Below are positions 50,376 through 62,234 of a stretch of DNA of 64,000 bases, one piece after another. The notes under the pieces are model-generated. The model was not told where the DNA came from, did no database searches, and saw only the letters and a list, made by a program, of their open reading frames with translations. Each line of letters begins with the position of its first letter. Within the stretch, counting starts at the first letter, position 1. The position numbers and the translations under genes are program-made. Where the stretch lies: positions 10,384 through 74,383 of the forward strand of contig CAZCTP010000003.1 of assembly GCA_964501575.1 (NCBI GenBank), in the 5' to 3' direction. The DNA is from an uncultured Thermodesulfobacteriota bacterium. Its GTDB lineage: Bacteria; Desulfobacterota; CAZCTP01.

Positions 50376-51842
50376 ATGGCAAGAGATATGTTTGATGAGG
50401 AGTATGATGTAGTTATAATCGGTGCAGGTATGGGAGGACTTACCTGTGGAGCAGCTCTTGCTAAAAAAGGAAAGAGAGTAAAGATATTTGAACAGCACAT
50501 TCTTCCAGGAGGATATGCCTCTTCCTTTGTTAGAAAGGGCTTTAAATTTGATGTCGCTATTCATTATGTAATCGGTTTGGGTAATGGGGGACAGGTATAT
50601 AAAATATTATCAGAAATTGGGCTTAGTGACGGATTAGATTCCATTAAATTTGATAATCTTTACAGATGCTTTTTCCCGGGAGAATCTTTTATTGTCCCCA
50701 GTAATTTGGAAGATTATTTAAATTTTCTCTCTCAAAGATTTCCAGAGGAAAAGATAGGAATAAAAACCCTTTTTGGTACAATGGGACTCATCTATGAAGA
50801 TAGTAAGAACCTTCCATCACTGACCTCTTTATTAACCCGATATAAAGATAAGACGCAAAAGGAATTATTAGATGAGTTTATAAAGGATGGTAAGCTTAAG
50901 AGTATAGTTTCTTCACTATTTTATGGGGGCTTGCCACCATCTAAGATATCAGCTATTCAGAGATCCTGCTCAATAATGGGAGCCTTTTCAAATGGGGCAT
51001 TTTATCCAGTAGGAGGTTCACAAGCATTAGTCAATATCTTGGTAAATGGATTAAAAAGAGCTGGAGGAGAATTAGAATTGGGTAGATTAGTGAATAGAAT
51101 TATTGTAAAGAATGGAAGGGCTATTGGAATTGAAACATCAGATGGTAAGAGAATAAAAGCTAATTGGATTGTATCTAATTCAGATATTATGGAAACCTTT
51201 TTTAAGTTAATCGGGGGAAAAGAGTTAGAAGGGATAAATCCTGCATTTCTAAAAGGCTTAAGGGAAATGCAGCCATCTTTATCCTCTTTTGATGTATACC
51301 TTGGAGTGGACTTGGATATAAAATCCATTGGTATCACTGACCATGAGATTATAGTGCATGAAAGCTGGAATATAGAGGAGGAATTTAAAGAATTATTAGA
51401 GGATGGTTTCTCGGGGGTTCCCTATTCTATAACAATACCAACACTTTCTGATCCTTCACTTGCTCCTGTGAATCATCATATAGTAATTATCTTTACACCA
51501 GCGCCTTATCATTTAAAAGGAGGGGATTGGAAGGCTGATAAAGAGAGGATTACGAATGAAATGATATTAAAGGCAGAGTCTGTTATACCTGGATTATCCA
51601 AGCATATAGTAGTAAAAGACTCCGCTACCCCTTTGACAAAGGAAAGGTATACATTAAATTTTAGGGGGTCTATTGGAGGTTGGGCTAATTATCCAAACAT
51701 AATATTTAATAAGCCATTACCCAAGACCCCGGTTGAGAATCTTTATCTTACCGGTCATTGGACACTTCCTGGAGGTGGAATTTCAGGGGTAATCTCTTCT
51801 GGATGGGCAGTTGCTAATATGATAGGGGAAAATAGCTTTTAG
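50376..51842 (+). CDS. FAD-dependent oxidoreductase, phytoene-desaturase (CrtI/COG1233) family
   Basis: 488 aa; N-terminal DVVIIGAGMGGLTCGAALAKKGKRVKIFEQHILPGGYA dinucleotide-binding motif characteristic of the CrtI-like amine-oxidase fold. Confidence 0.7.
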   Translation: MARDMFDEEYDVVIIGAGMGGLTCGAALAKKGKRVKIFEQHILPGGYASSFVRKGFKFDVAIHYVIGLGNGGQVYKILSEIGLSDGLDSIKFDNLYRCFFPGESFIVPSNLEDYLNFLSQRFPEEKIGIKTLFGTMGLIYEDSKNLPSLTSLLTRYKDKTQKELLDEFIKDGKLKSIVSSLFYGGLPPSKISAIQRSCSIMGAFSNGAFYPVGGSQALVNILVNGLKRAGGELELGRLVNRIIVKNGRAIGIETSDGKRIKANWIVSNSDIMETFFKLIGGKELEGINPAFLKGLREMQPSLSSFDVYLGVDLDIKSIGITDHEIIVHESWNIEEEFKELLEDGFSGVPYSITIPTLSDPSLAPVNHHIVIIFTPAPYHLKGGDWKADKERITNEMILKAESVIPGLSKHIVVKDSATPLTKERYTLNFRGSIGGWANYPNIIFNKPLPKTPVENLYLTGHWTLPGGGISGVISSGWAVANMIGENSF

Positions 51843-51883
51843 TTAATTTTTTAAAATATTATGAATTAATAAGGGGGTATAAA

Positions 51884-54385
51884 ATGGCAAGAGAATCAGC
51901 AATAAGGGAACTAATAACCGATAGGGAAATAAGGAGAGAGCCTACTACAGAGAGAACAAAGATGCTCAGAAAAAGATTTCTTCAGGAAAAGCTTACAGTA
52001 TGCACTGAGAGGGCATTTTTATTTACAGAGGCTTTTAAAAAAGGCGATGGTCTGCCAATAATGGTAAGAAGAGCAGAAGCATTCAAATATTACTTGAGCA
52101 ATATGAAGCCCATTATCAGAGATGGAGAGCTTATTGTAGGAAATTATACAAGATTTGTAAGGGGCGCTGCACTCTATCCTGATGGGGGTGTAAAGTGGAT
52201 AAAGGACGTATTAAAAGGGATTCTTTCTGAAGCCGAACAGAAATATGTAGAGCTCCCGGATGGGGGTGGAATTGTAAGGGACTTTGTCACATATAGGCTT
52301 GCACTGAGTAAGAAGGAAGAGGAAAAGTTATGGGAGGTGTTAGACTACTGGGATGGTAAAAGTTTTGATTGTATGATTAGAAAATATTTTGAAAAGACCG
52401 ATAGTTATGCCCTTCTAAAAGAATTAGAGTCTACATTAACTATTTCTCCATTTATTACAACCAATCTCTGTGAAGGTAGGATGGTTCTTGATTATGAAAA
52501 GGTTTTAAATAAGGGATTTAATGGAATAATAGAAGAGATAAATGAGAAACTAAGAGAGCTCAGAAGGATAGGGCATAGAGTGAGGCTTATGGATGATATG
52601 GATAAGATAATCTTCTACGAATCTGCTATATCATCCTGTGAAGGGGTAATAGCACTATCAGAGAATTATGCCTCCGAGGCAGAGAGATTGGCAAGAAACG
52701 AAAAGAATAGAAATAGAAAAGATGAACTAATGAGAATAGCAGGGGCATGCAGATGGGTTCCTGCAAATCCAGCGAGGAATTTATATGAGGCATTACAGTC
52801 ATGGTATTTCACTCATATGGCTGGATTCTTAGAGTCTGGTGGAGCAGCTTATTCTCCTGCAAGGTTTGATCAATATATGTATCCCTTCTATAAAAAGGAT
52901 ATAGAAGAGAATAAAATAACAAGGAGTGAGGCTTTAGAGCTATTAGAATGCTTAAGGTTAAAAATCGCTCAATATCAGTATGTAACCACTGTTATGAATG
53001 AAGGGCTTTTTTCAGGGACTACAAATCAGAATCTTGTGTTAGGGGGATGCACAAAGGATGGAAAACCTGCTGATAATGATTTGTCAACCCTCATATTAGA
53101 ATCAGCAATAACAATGCAGACAAATCAGCCAACTCTATCTATCAGATATAATGATAAACTTAATGAGGATTTCCTGCTTAAGGCTATAGAATTGGTAAAG
53201 ACAGGTATTGGGATGCCTGCATGGTTTAATGATGAGGTTGGCATTGCTCATGCATTATCCCATACCGGTGCTTCCTTAGAAGATGCAAGGGATTGGGCAC
53301 TGGGGGGTTGTGTTGAGCAGGTTGTATCCCATAGAAGGGGAGGATTCCAATTATCATTCTATACAAACCTCGGGAAGACACTGGAATTAGCACTGAATAA
53401 TGGAATTGATCCAGTAAGCAGGAAAAGGGTTGGTATTGAGACAGGTGATCCTCAGAATATGAGCTATGATGAGCTTGTTGATGCCTGGAAAAAACAGACA
53501 GCATATGTTTATCATCTTGCCCAGGACTACTGGAATATGGCAATGGGCTTGCACCCTCATATCCTTCCACTACCCTATGCATCTGTTTTAACAGATGATT
53601 GTATTGAAAGGGGTAAGAGTTTAGATGAAGGTGGAGCAAGGTACTCAGATGGACCAACCCATTTAATTACAGGTCTTATAGATGTAGCTAATTCCTTTGC
53701 AGCTATAAAGAAGTGTGTATTTGAAGATAAGGTCTTTACAATGGGGGAGTTAATTAATGCATTAAATAGAGACTTTAAAGGGTATGAGGATATTCAAAGG
53801 AAGCTTATTGATGCTTCAAAGTTTGGAAATGATGATGATTATGTGGATGATATAGCCCAAGATCTTTATGGATATCTTGCAGAGGAATCGCTCTCCCATA
53901 AGAATTGGTTTGGTCATCCAATCCCTCCTGCACCGGCTACTGTAACCACACATCCAATATTTGGTAAGGCATGTGGTGCTCTGCCAGAAGGAAGAAAGAA
54001 GGGGATTGCCCTATGTGATGGTTCTGTTTCGGCACTTCCCGGGACGGATAAAAATGGTCCAACAGCTCTTGTTAATTCTGCATCCAAGGTAGATGCTATT
54101 CCATATTCATGTCATCTATTAAATATTAAGTTTCATCCAACAGCTCTGAAGGATATAGATGGATCAAGAAAACTTTTGGCATTGATTAAGACCTATATGG
54201 ATAGGGGTGGATATCATGTTCAATTTAATGTGGTTGATACAAAGATGTTAAGGGATGCTCAGAGGAGACCGGAAGATTATCAGGATTTATGGGTAAGGGT
54301 AGCCGGATTCAGTATGAGGTGGGTTGAGCTATCAAGGGCTGTTCAGGATGAGATAATCAGAAGAACAGAGTATGAAGAATGCTAA
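51884..54385 (+). CDS. Glycyl radical enzyme GRE2 (PFL superfamily), paralog of GRE1
   Basis: 833 aa; C-terminal RVAGFSMRWVELS glycyl radical motif (Gly codon 54304-54306); catalytic loop LGGCVEQ (Cys codon 53309-53311). No activase or small subunit genes adjacent. Confidence 0.9.
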   Translation: MARESAIRELITDREIRREPTTERTKMLRKRFLQEKLTVCTERAFLFTEAFKKGDGLPIMVRRAEAFKYYLSNMKPIIRDGELIVGNYTRFVRGAALYPDGGVKWIKDVLKGILSEAEQKYVELPDGGGIVRDFVTYRLALSKKEEEKLWEVLDYWDGKSFDCMIRKYFEKTDSYALLKELESTLTISPFITTNLCEGRMVLDYEKVLNKGFNGIIEEINEKLRELRRIGHRVRLMDDMDKIIFYESAISSCEGVIALSENYASEAERLARNEKNRNRKDELMRIAGACRWVPANPARNLYEALQSWYFTHMAGFLESGGAAYSPARFDQYMYPFYKKDIEENKITRSEALELLECLRLKIAQYQYVTTVMNEGLFSGTTNQNLVLGGCTKDGKPADNDLSTLILESAITMQTNQPTLSIRYNDKLNEDFLLKAIELVKTGIGMPAWFNDEVGIAHALSHTGASLEDARDWALGGCVEQVVSHRRGGFQLSFYTNLGKTLELALNNGIDPVSRKRVGIETGDPQNMSYDELVDAWKKQTAYVYHLAQDYWNMAMGLHPHILPLPYASVLTDDCIERGKSLDEGGARYSDGPTHLITGLIDVANSFAAIKKCVFEDKVFTMGELINALNRDFKGYEDIQRKLIDASKFGNDDDYVDDIAQDLYGYLAEESLSHKNWFGHPIPPAPATVTTHPIFGKACGALPEGRKKGIALCDGSVSALPGTDKNGPTALVNSASKVDAIPYSCHLLNIKFHPTALKDIDGSRKLLALIKTYMDRGGYHVQFNVVDTKMLRDAQRRPEDYQDLWVRVAGFSMRWVELSRAVQDEIIRRTEYEEC

Positions 54386-54475
54386 TAAGGTGAAGGATAA
54401 AAACCGATAAAGAATAAAAAAGATGATGTGACAGGTATATAAAAAAATATTATTTTAATTGAAGGGGAATAAAAA

Positions 54476-56029
54476 ATGGAATATGATATTATTGTGATAG
54501 GAAGCGGACATAATGGTTTAACAACCGCATGTTATCTTGCAAAATGGGGACTTAAGGTTATTGTTTTGGAAAAAAGGAATGTCTTCGGTGGAGGATGTAT
54601 TACTGAAGAGGTAACGCTCCCTGGTTTTAAGCATGATATTCATTCAGAAAATCATCTGTGGGTGAGAATATCCCCTACAATGGATGAACTTCAACTTGAA
54701 AAATATGGACTGGAATATTATATACCGGAAAAACTTATTGGTTCAGGATTTCCTGATGGAAGTTCCATAGTTCAAAATATAGATATAGATAAAACACTTG
54801 AGAGTATATCAAAGATAAATGAGGAAGATGCAGATTCATATAAAAGGTTTTATGAGAGATATTTAGAGGTTTCAAAGATAATATTTGATTCCTTCTTTTT
54901 AACAACCCCTCCTGGAACAGGATTTATGCAGGCAATGGAGGGAAGTAGAGAAGGTGCAGAAATATTGAGATATATGCTTCTTTCTCCAAAAGATGTATTA
55001 GACGAAAATTTTAAAGATGACAGGGTTAAAACATGGCTATATGCTTATGCTGAACAGCTTGGAAATGCTCCTGATGAACCAGGGAGCGGTTTCTCTATAT
55101 TTCTTCTTCCCTCATTTGTTCAACAATATGGTCTGGGGAAGCCGATTGGAGGCTCTGGTATGCTTACAGAAGCATTTCTAAAATGTTTTAAATCTTTAGG
55201 AGGAGAGGTAAGAGGGAATTCTGAGGTTAGAAGGATAATAATTGAAGGGGGGGGAGCAAGCGGCGTTGAACTTATTAGTGGAGAGAAGATAAGGGCTAAA
55301 AAGGCTATCGTGTCGATGATGTCATTTCCCTACCTGATTAAGGCTACTGGAGAAGAAAATCTTGGCTATGATTTTGTAAAGAGAGCAAATAACTTTAGAT
55401 ATGGATATGGAATATTTATGGTTCATGCTGCCCTTGATGATCAATTAAATTTTATTTCTCCTGAGCTTGATGATGCAACAACAATAACCCTTTATGAATC
55501 AATGGATAACTGCCTTAAATGTTTTCATCAAATATCCATGGGAGAGATACCATGGGATAATATACTTGTATTTGTGAGTAACTATTCTGTAAAGCTATGT
55601 GAAAAGACAAAAAAGGTACCACATGGAAAAGCTACATTATATCTTGCATCTCCTGAATGTATTCCAAATACCAAAAATTTAAGAAATGGAACATGGGATT
55701 ATAATAAGGTAAGGTTTGGAGAAGCACTTATAAATAAACTCTCTATGTATGCACCGAATCTCAAAGATATTCTTTTAAAGGTATATTTTGATTCACCAGC
55801 AGACATCGAGAGGAGAAATCCTACAATGGCATACGGAGATGCAGTCTTAGGGAGATCTACTTTAGAACAGTTCTTAATGAGACCATTTCCAGGATATACA
55901 GAATATAAAACATCCATATCTAATCTGTATATGACGGGGGGGCATACATGGCCATCCGGAGGTGTAACAACAGCCCCAGGATATAACTGTGCAAGAATTA
56001 TAAAAAGAGATCTTAAGATAGGAGGATAG
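54476..56029 (+). CDS. FAD-dependent oxidoreductase, phytoene-desaturase (CrtI/COG1233) family
   Basis: 517 aa; [45 protein letters not shown] dinucleotide-binding motif. Confidence 0.7.
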   Translation: MEYDIIVIGSGHNGLTTACYLAKWGLKVIVLEKRNVFGGGCITEEVTLPGFKHDIHSENHLWVRISPTMDELQLEKYGLEYYIPEKLIGSGFPDGSSIVQNIDIDKTLESISKINEEDADSYKRFYERYLEVSKIIFDSFFLTTPPGTGFMQAMEGSREGAEILRYMLLSPKDVLDENFKDDRVKTWLYAYAEQLGNAPDEPGSGFSIFLLPSFVQQYGLGKPIGGSGMLTEAFLKCFKSLGGEVRGNSEVRRIIIEGGGASGVELISGEKIRAKKAIVSMMSFPYLIKATGEENLGYDFVKRANNFRYGYGIFMVHAALDDQLNFISPELDDATTITLYESMDNCLKCFHQISMGEIPWDNILVFVSNYSVKLCEKTKKVPHGKATLYLASPECIPNTKNLRNGTWDYNKVRFGEALINKLSMYAPNLKDILLKVYFDSPADIERRNPTMAYGDAVLGRSTLEQFLMRPFPGYTEYKTSISNLYMTGGHTWPSGGVTTAPGYNCARIIKRDLKIGG

Positions 56030-56033
56030 GAAT

Positions 56034-57461
56034 ATGCCTTTCAATGATATAAGGGAGTTTATAGAAAGATTAAGAGAGACAGGAGATCTATTAGAGATTA
56101 ATAGAGAGGTCGACTGGAATCTTGAGGCAGGCGCTATAATGAGAAGGTGTAATGAAACAAATGAAAGGGCTCAACTTTTTAATAATATAAAGGGATATCC
56201 AGAAGGATACAGGTTATTTGGGAGTCCATTAGCAAATTTAAGAAGAGTCGCTATAGCACTCGAGATGTCTCCAGAATCCTCTTATACAGAAATATTAGAT
56301 GAGTATATTAAGAGGCGCAATAATATTATAAAGCCTATAATTGTGAGTGATGGTCCATGTAAGGAGAATATATATAAGGGAGAAGAGGTCGATCTGTTTA
56401 AATTTCCTTCTCCTATGATTCATGCAGGGGACGGAGGGCGTTATATAGGAACATTGGATGTAGGGGTATGTAAAGATCCGGACTCTGACTGGATAAATTG
56501 GGGTACATATAGGTTAATGATCCATGATAGAGATTCCATAGGTATATTTCTTATTCCTGCTCAACATGTTGGGATGATATATTCAAAGTATAAATCAAGC
56601 AATAAACCTATGGAATATGTTGCATTTATGGGCTGTGAACCAATAACAAATCTTGTTGCAACGACGGGGATACCCTATGGAGTGAGTGAAGTGGATGTAA
56701 TAGGAGCTGTTAGAAGAGAACCTTTAAAGGTGGTTAAATGTGAGACTGTTGACCTCTTTGTCCCTGCAAGCGCAGAGATTGTTATTGAAGGGGAGATACT
56801 TCCTCATGTCAGAAAGGATGAAGGACCATTTGGAGAAGGGGCTGGTTACCAGGTTACTGGAAGGGTTCCGAGACCAGTATTTAAAGTAAAAGCCATTACA
56901 CATCGAAATGCTCCAATACTTCCTGTTTCATGCATAGGTGTTCCTGTAGATGACAGTCATGTAGCAAGTAATATAGGATTTATATCAGGTATAAAGATAG
57001 CATTAGTTGAAGCTGGTATTCCAATTACTGGAATATATATGCCCCCAGAATCCGGGCTTTCCCTGTGTATTGTTTCAACAAAGACTCCGACTCCAAATAT
57101 AGCGAGAAGGATTGCAAGTTGTGTATGGGGAGATAAAAATGGCCAATATCTGCCCAAAATAGTAGTAGTTGATGAAGATATTGATCCAACAAATATGGCT
57201 CAGGTCATCCATGCATTTGCTACCAAGTGTCATCCATCAAGAGGGATAATGATTATGGATAATGTATTTAATTCTCCAATATTAGGATACTTAAGTAAGG
57301 AGGAGAGGACTTTAAGTAGTGGAAGCAATGTTTTGTTTGATTGTACATGGCCTAAAAGCTGGAAGACAGAAGATATTCCACCAAAATCCTCCTTTGACAA
57401 TATATACCCAGATGAGGTTAGAGAGATGGTTATATCTAATTGGAAGGAATATGGATTTTAG
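56034..57461 (+). CDS. UbiD-family (prenylated-FMN-dependent) decarboxylase/carboxylase
   Basis: 475 aa; MPFNDIREFIERLRETGDLLEINREVDWNLEAGAIMRR is the conserved UbiD N-terminus; no ubiX in window. Confidence 0.85.
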   Translation: MPFNDIREFIERLRETGDLLEINREVDWNLEAGAIMRRCNETNERAQLFNNIKGYPEGYRLFGSPLANLRRVAIALEMSPESSYTEILDEYIKRRNNIIKPIIVSDGPCKENIYKGEEVDLFKFPSPMIHAGDGGRYIGTLDVGVCKDPDSDWINWGTYRLMIHDRDSIGIFLIPAQHVGMIYSKYKSSNKPMEYVAFMGCEPITNLVATTGIPYGVSEVDVIGAVRREPLKVVKCETVDLFVPASAEIVIEGEILPHVRKDEGPFGEGAGYQVTGRVPRPVFKVKAITHRNAPILPVSCIGVPVDDSHVASNIGFISGIKIALVEAGIPITGIYMPPESGLSLCIVSTKTPTPNIARRIASCVWGDKNGQYLPKIVVVDEDIDPTNMAQVIHAFATKCHPSRGIMIMDNVFNSPILGYLSKEERTLSSGSNVLFDCTWPKSWKTEDIPPKSSFDNIYPDEVREMVISNWKEYGF

Positions 57462-57555
57462 AGTTATTGCAATTGCTTATAAATTTATGTACATAAATCA
57501 ATGAATTGTAAATATTTACTATAATTTATGTTAATATTATATAAGGAGGACGTAT

Positions 57556-57930
57556 ATGAAATATGTAACAATTGTAAATATTAATCCATCTCAGGCAGAA
57601 AGGCTTAGAGAGTCTATTCCAGCAGAGGCTTTTCTACATCTTGAAGAGGCTATTCACTCAGGAAGAACTCCCTCGGAGGAAGAGTTATTAAGTAAGGGGG
57701 TGGAAAAGGAATTCGCAGAGCTTTTAGTAGCTCATCTAAGCTATCTAAAAAGTTTAAATGATAGAGGTATCCTTGAGAGCGGAGGGCCATGCAAAGGATT
57801 TAATAAAGCTGTTAATATATTTGAGGCTGATTCAGAGGAAAAGGCGAGAGAATTTCAAGAGGGGGACCCGTTCTTTAAGTATGGGATGCTTTCAGATTAT
57901 GAGATCTTAGAGTGGAATAAAGTATTTTAG
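57556..57930 (+). CDS. Small YciI/Dabb-like protein (tentative)
   Basis: 124 aa; size and hydrophobic pattern with ...DRGILESGGP... resemble YciI-like ferredoxin-fold proteins common in aromatic catabolic clusters. Weak assignment. Confidence 0.35.
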   Translation: MKYVTIVNINPSQAERLRESIPAEAFLHLEEAIHSGRTPSEEELLSKGVEKEFAELLVAHLSYLKSLNDRGILESGGPCKGFNKAVNIFEADSEEKAREFQEGDPFFKYGMLSDYEILEWNKVF

Positions 57931-58100
57931 TCTTAATTGCATAGAAATAATTCAGGCTAAAGATTGATAGAGAAAAGAATAAGATATTTTAGAATTATCT
58001 ATAATAAATTTTTTTGTTAATTAGATTTTAAAGGAATTATCATTTTTAAGATTAGTGAAAGGGGGAAAAATTCTAATTTAATAATGAAGATATAATTTAA

Positions 58101-59727
<1,627 letters not shown>

Positions 59728-59731
<4 letters not shown>

Positions 59732-61149
59732 AAGGAAAGGTTTTATTAATTGTATTAATAGCTTTATTTATAGATAAAAGAGCTTTCTCCTTTAATATTG
59801 CTTCATTCAATCCCATAGGTAATAGCCTTAGTAAAATAAAGAAGAGTATACCAAATCTGGATATTAAAGGGTTTATTGAAAATGAAACCGATATAGATCT
59901 TCATGGACATAGATATAATACCCAGAAGATAGAGTGGCTTTCAGAGATTGATCTAAGATATAGGTTATCCAGTGATATGGAGATAGTGAACATCTATAAT
60001 TTTCTATATGATTCAATATTTGACTGGGAGGCAAAACATGTATTCTCTTCAGAAACAGAAAGGAAGTTAAGAGTATACAGGAATGGAAAGAGGATATTAA
60101 GAGAGTTATATCTTGACTGGGCACTTAATGACTGGAGATTTATTTTAGGAAAACAACAGGTTGTTTGGGGAAAGGTTGATGGAAGAAAGGTTCTTGATAT
60201 GATAAATCCAGAGGATTTTAGAGAGGGTCCATGGGATGCTGCAATGGATGATTGGAAGTATACAAGAATTCCGTTATGGATGGCAAATATATCATGGAGT
60301 GGAGAGATATATAACCTCCAATTTTTATGGATTCCTGACTTTGAGCCAAATCCCTTAATACCTGAGGACTGGATATGGGGATTTAAGAGAAGACCAGATC
60401 CATCGATTAGAACGGTAATTAGAGATATTATTAAACCCGATGAAGATAGGATTGAAAATCATGAATTCGCTCTAAAGTTAGAATTTGAGCAAAATGGATG
60501 GGATATATTCTTTGTTTACTTTTATGGATGGAGTTATAATCCTACTCTCTTTAGAAAGGATACTATAATATCCACTAATAAAGGAGATCCAATAACATTT
60601 GTTCTTGAACCAAGATATACCCGCTTGCACAGATTCGGCTTTGCCCTTGATAAAGCATTCTCCTTTTTAGGATATGATTGGGTTGGAAGAATAGAATCTG
60701 TTTACAAAAAGAATCTATATATAGCCACTGATAATGAACCACTGAATGAGGATGGTCAGACTCAAAGGGACAGGCTTTTAACATCGCTTGCTTTAGAGAC
60801 TATAATCTTTGTAGACTGGGATATTCTTCTCACTATTCTACCTGAATATACATTTGGAAGTATGGAGGGATTGAGATTTATGCCGATAAGAACACCTCTT
60901 AATCACTGGGAAAATTATTATTCTCTTACAATAACAAAGAGTTTTTATTATGACAGGGGTACTTTATCCCTTACAATGGCTTATGGTGACCATGGAGAGG
61001 AAAGGCTTAGAACTCGTATATTCTTTAGGCTTTCCGATTTTATAACATTGAGTGTCGGGATTCATTCCTTCTGGGGGAAGGATAGTACAGTTACAGGACA
61101 ATTCTCAAAGAATGACGAAGTAGAATTCGGGATAAAATATGAATTTTAA
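59728..61149 (+). CDS. Secreted/outer-membrane protein, DUF1302-like, second copy
   Basis: 473 aa; signal peptide MKGKVLLIVLIALFIDKRAFSF; C-terminal aromatic residue (…GIKYEF); paired with DUF1329-like gene as in the first module. Confidence 0.4.
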
Positions 61150-61159
61150 GGAGGAGAGT

Positions 61160-62233
61160 ATGATGAGAAAAATAATTTTTTTAATCCCCTTTATATTTTT
61201 CCAATCTTTATTATATGCAGGTCAATGGAAGAACCCAAGGGATATCATAGGGGATCCTATGATTGTCAGGCTACAACAGGGCAGGAAAGAGCTTACTTCA
61301 GAGGAAAAGGAAGAAATAAAGAGATATGGATATACAGGATTGGAGATAATGAGCTATGTGATGTGCAACAAGGACCCCGGAAAAGACAATGAGGGATTCT
61401 ATAAAAGTATATCTGTAGATTCATCAGGAAATATCCAGATCAGAGAGGTTATAAGAAGGAGAAAATATTATTATAAGGATTATAGGGCAAGGTTTACCTA
61501 TGATGGGATTAAGCCCGGGGATGTAGTTTACAAAAGAGCAGGTATGCAGTTATATCCCCCTCGTGATAGAGGAACCACATTTATAAGAATTGCCTATCTA
61601 AAATCAAAGGATAATTATAAGCCAGATACCCTTTTCGTAAGGTCTATATCTCTGAAGAGGATAAGGCAATATCCAACCCCTAACAATCAGGATAAATTTT
61701 ACAAAGAGGATATGACTCATGATGACTGGTATGCAAGAGAGGCGTGGCAGGAAAATCACAGGATTATAGGAGAGGATAATATAAGGGGTAAGGACTGCTT
61801 TGTTATAGAGAGCAAAAACTGGTATTATCCGAATTACTATCTCAGCAAGAGGGTAACCTGGGTTGAGAAGAAGAACTTTCTTGATCTACATGAAGAACAG
61901 TTTGATAGGAAGGGCAGGCTATTTAAAATAATGGACAAAGAGTGGGTCCAGGTTCCACCATGGAACTATTGGGTGAGAAAAAACTGGGATATTATAGATC
62001 TCAGCACAAAATCAAGAACCATTGAATATACCTATGATTGGATATTTGATCAGGGTTTTACAGAAAAGAAATTCTCTAAGGCGATGCTTAAGAATGAGAA
62101 GGTGTGGAGAGAACCTAAAAATCCGCCTCCATCCATTAGAAAACTTTCAGATCTACCTAATCCACCACAGGTAAGGTCAGAGTTCTGGAAGAGGATGGAT
62201 GTAGCACCAAATATTTTTGGGAGGGGGAAGTAA
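61160..62233 (+). CDS. Secreted protein, DUF1329-like, second copy
   Basis: Start ATG 61160 preceded by AGGAGG; signal peptide MMRKIIFLIPFIFFQSLLYAGQ; shares size, signal peptide and W/Y-rich composition with 45460..46716. Confidence 0.4.
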   Translation: MMRKIIFLIPFIFFQSLLYAGQWKNPRDIIGDPMIVRLQQGRKELTSEEKEEIKRYGYTGLEIMSYVMCNKDPGKDNEGFYKSISVDSSGNIQIREVIRRRKYYYKDYRARFTYDGIKPGDVVYKRAGMQLYPPRDRGTTFIRIAYLKSKDNYKPDTLFVRSISLKRIRQYPTPNNQDKFYKEDMTHDDWYAREAWQENHRIIGEDNIRGKDCFVIESKNWYYPNYYLSKRVTWVEKKNFLDLHEEQFDRKGRLFKIMDKEWVQVPPWNYWVRKNWDIIDLSTKSRTIEYTYDWIFDQGFTEKKFSKAMLKNEKVWREPKNPPPSIRKLSDLPNPPQVRSEFWKRMDVAPNIFGRGK

Positions 62234-62234
62234 T

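Noticed and set aside
47610-54385. Shared 5' sequence ATGGCAAGAGA in GRE1, the GRE remnant, GRE2 and the first CrtI-like gene (MARE/MARD N-termini) considered as a regulatory motif
   Set aside because: Most simply explained as conserved N-terminal coding sequence of paralogs plus coincidence for the flavoprotein; no extended upstream similarity beyond a generic SD.
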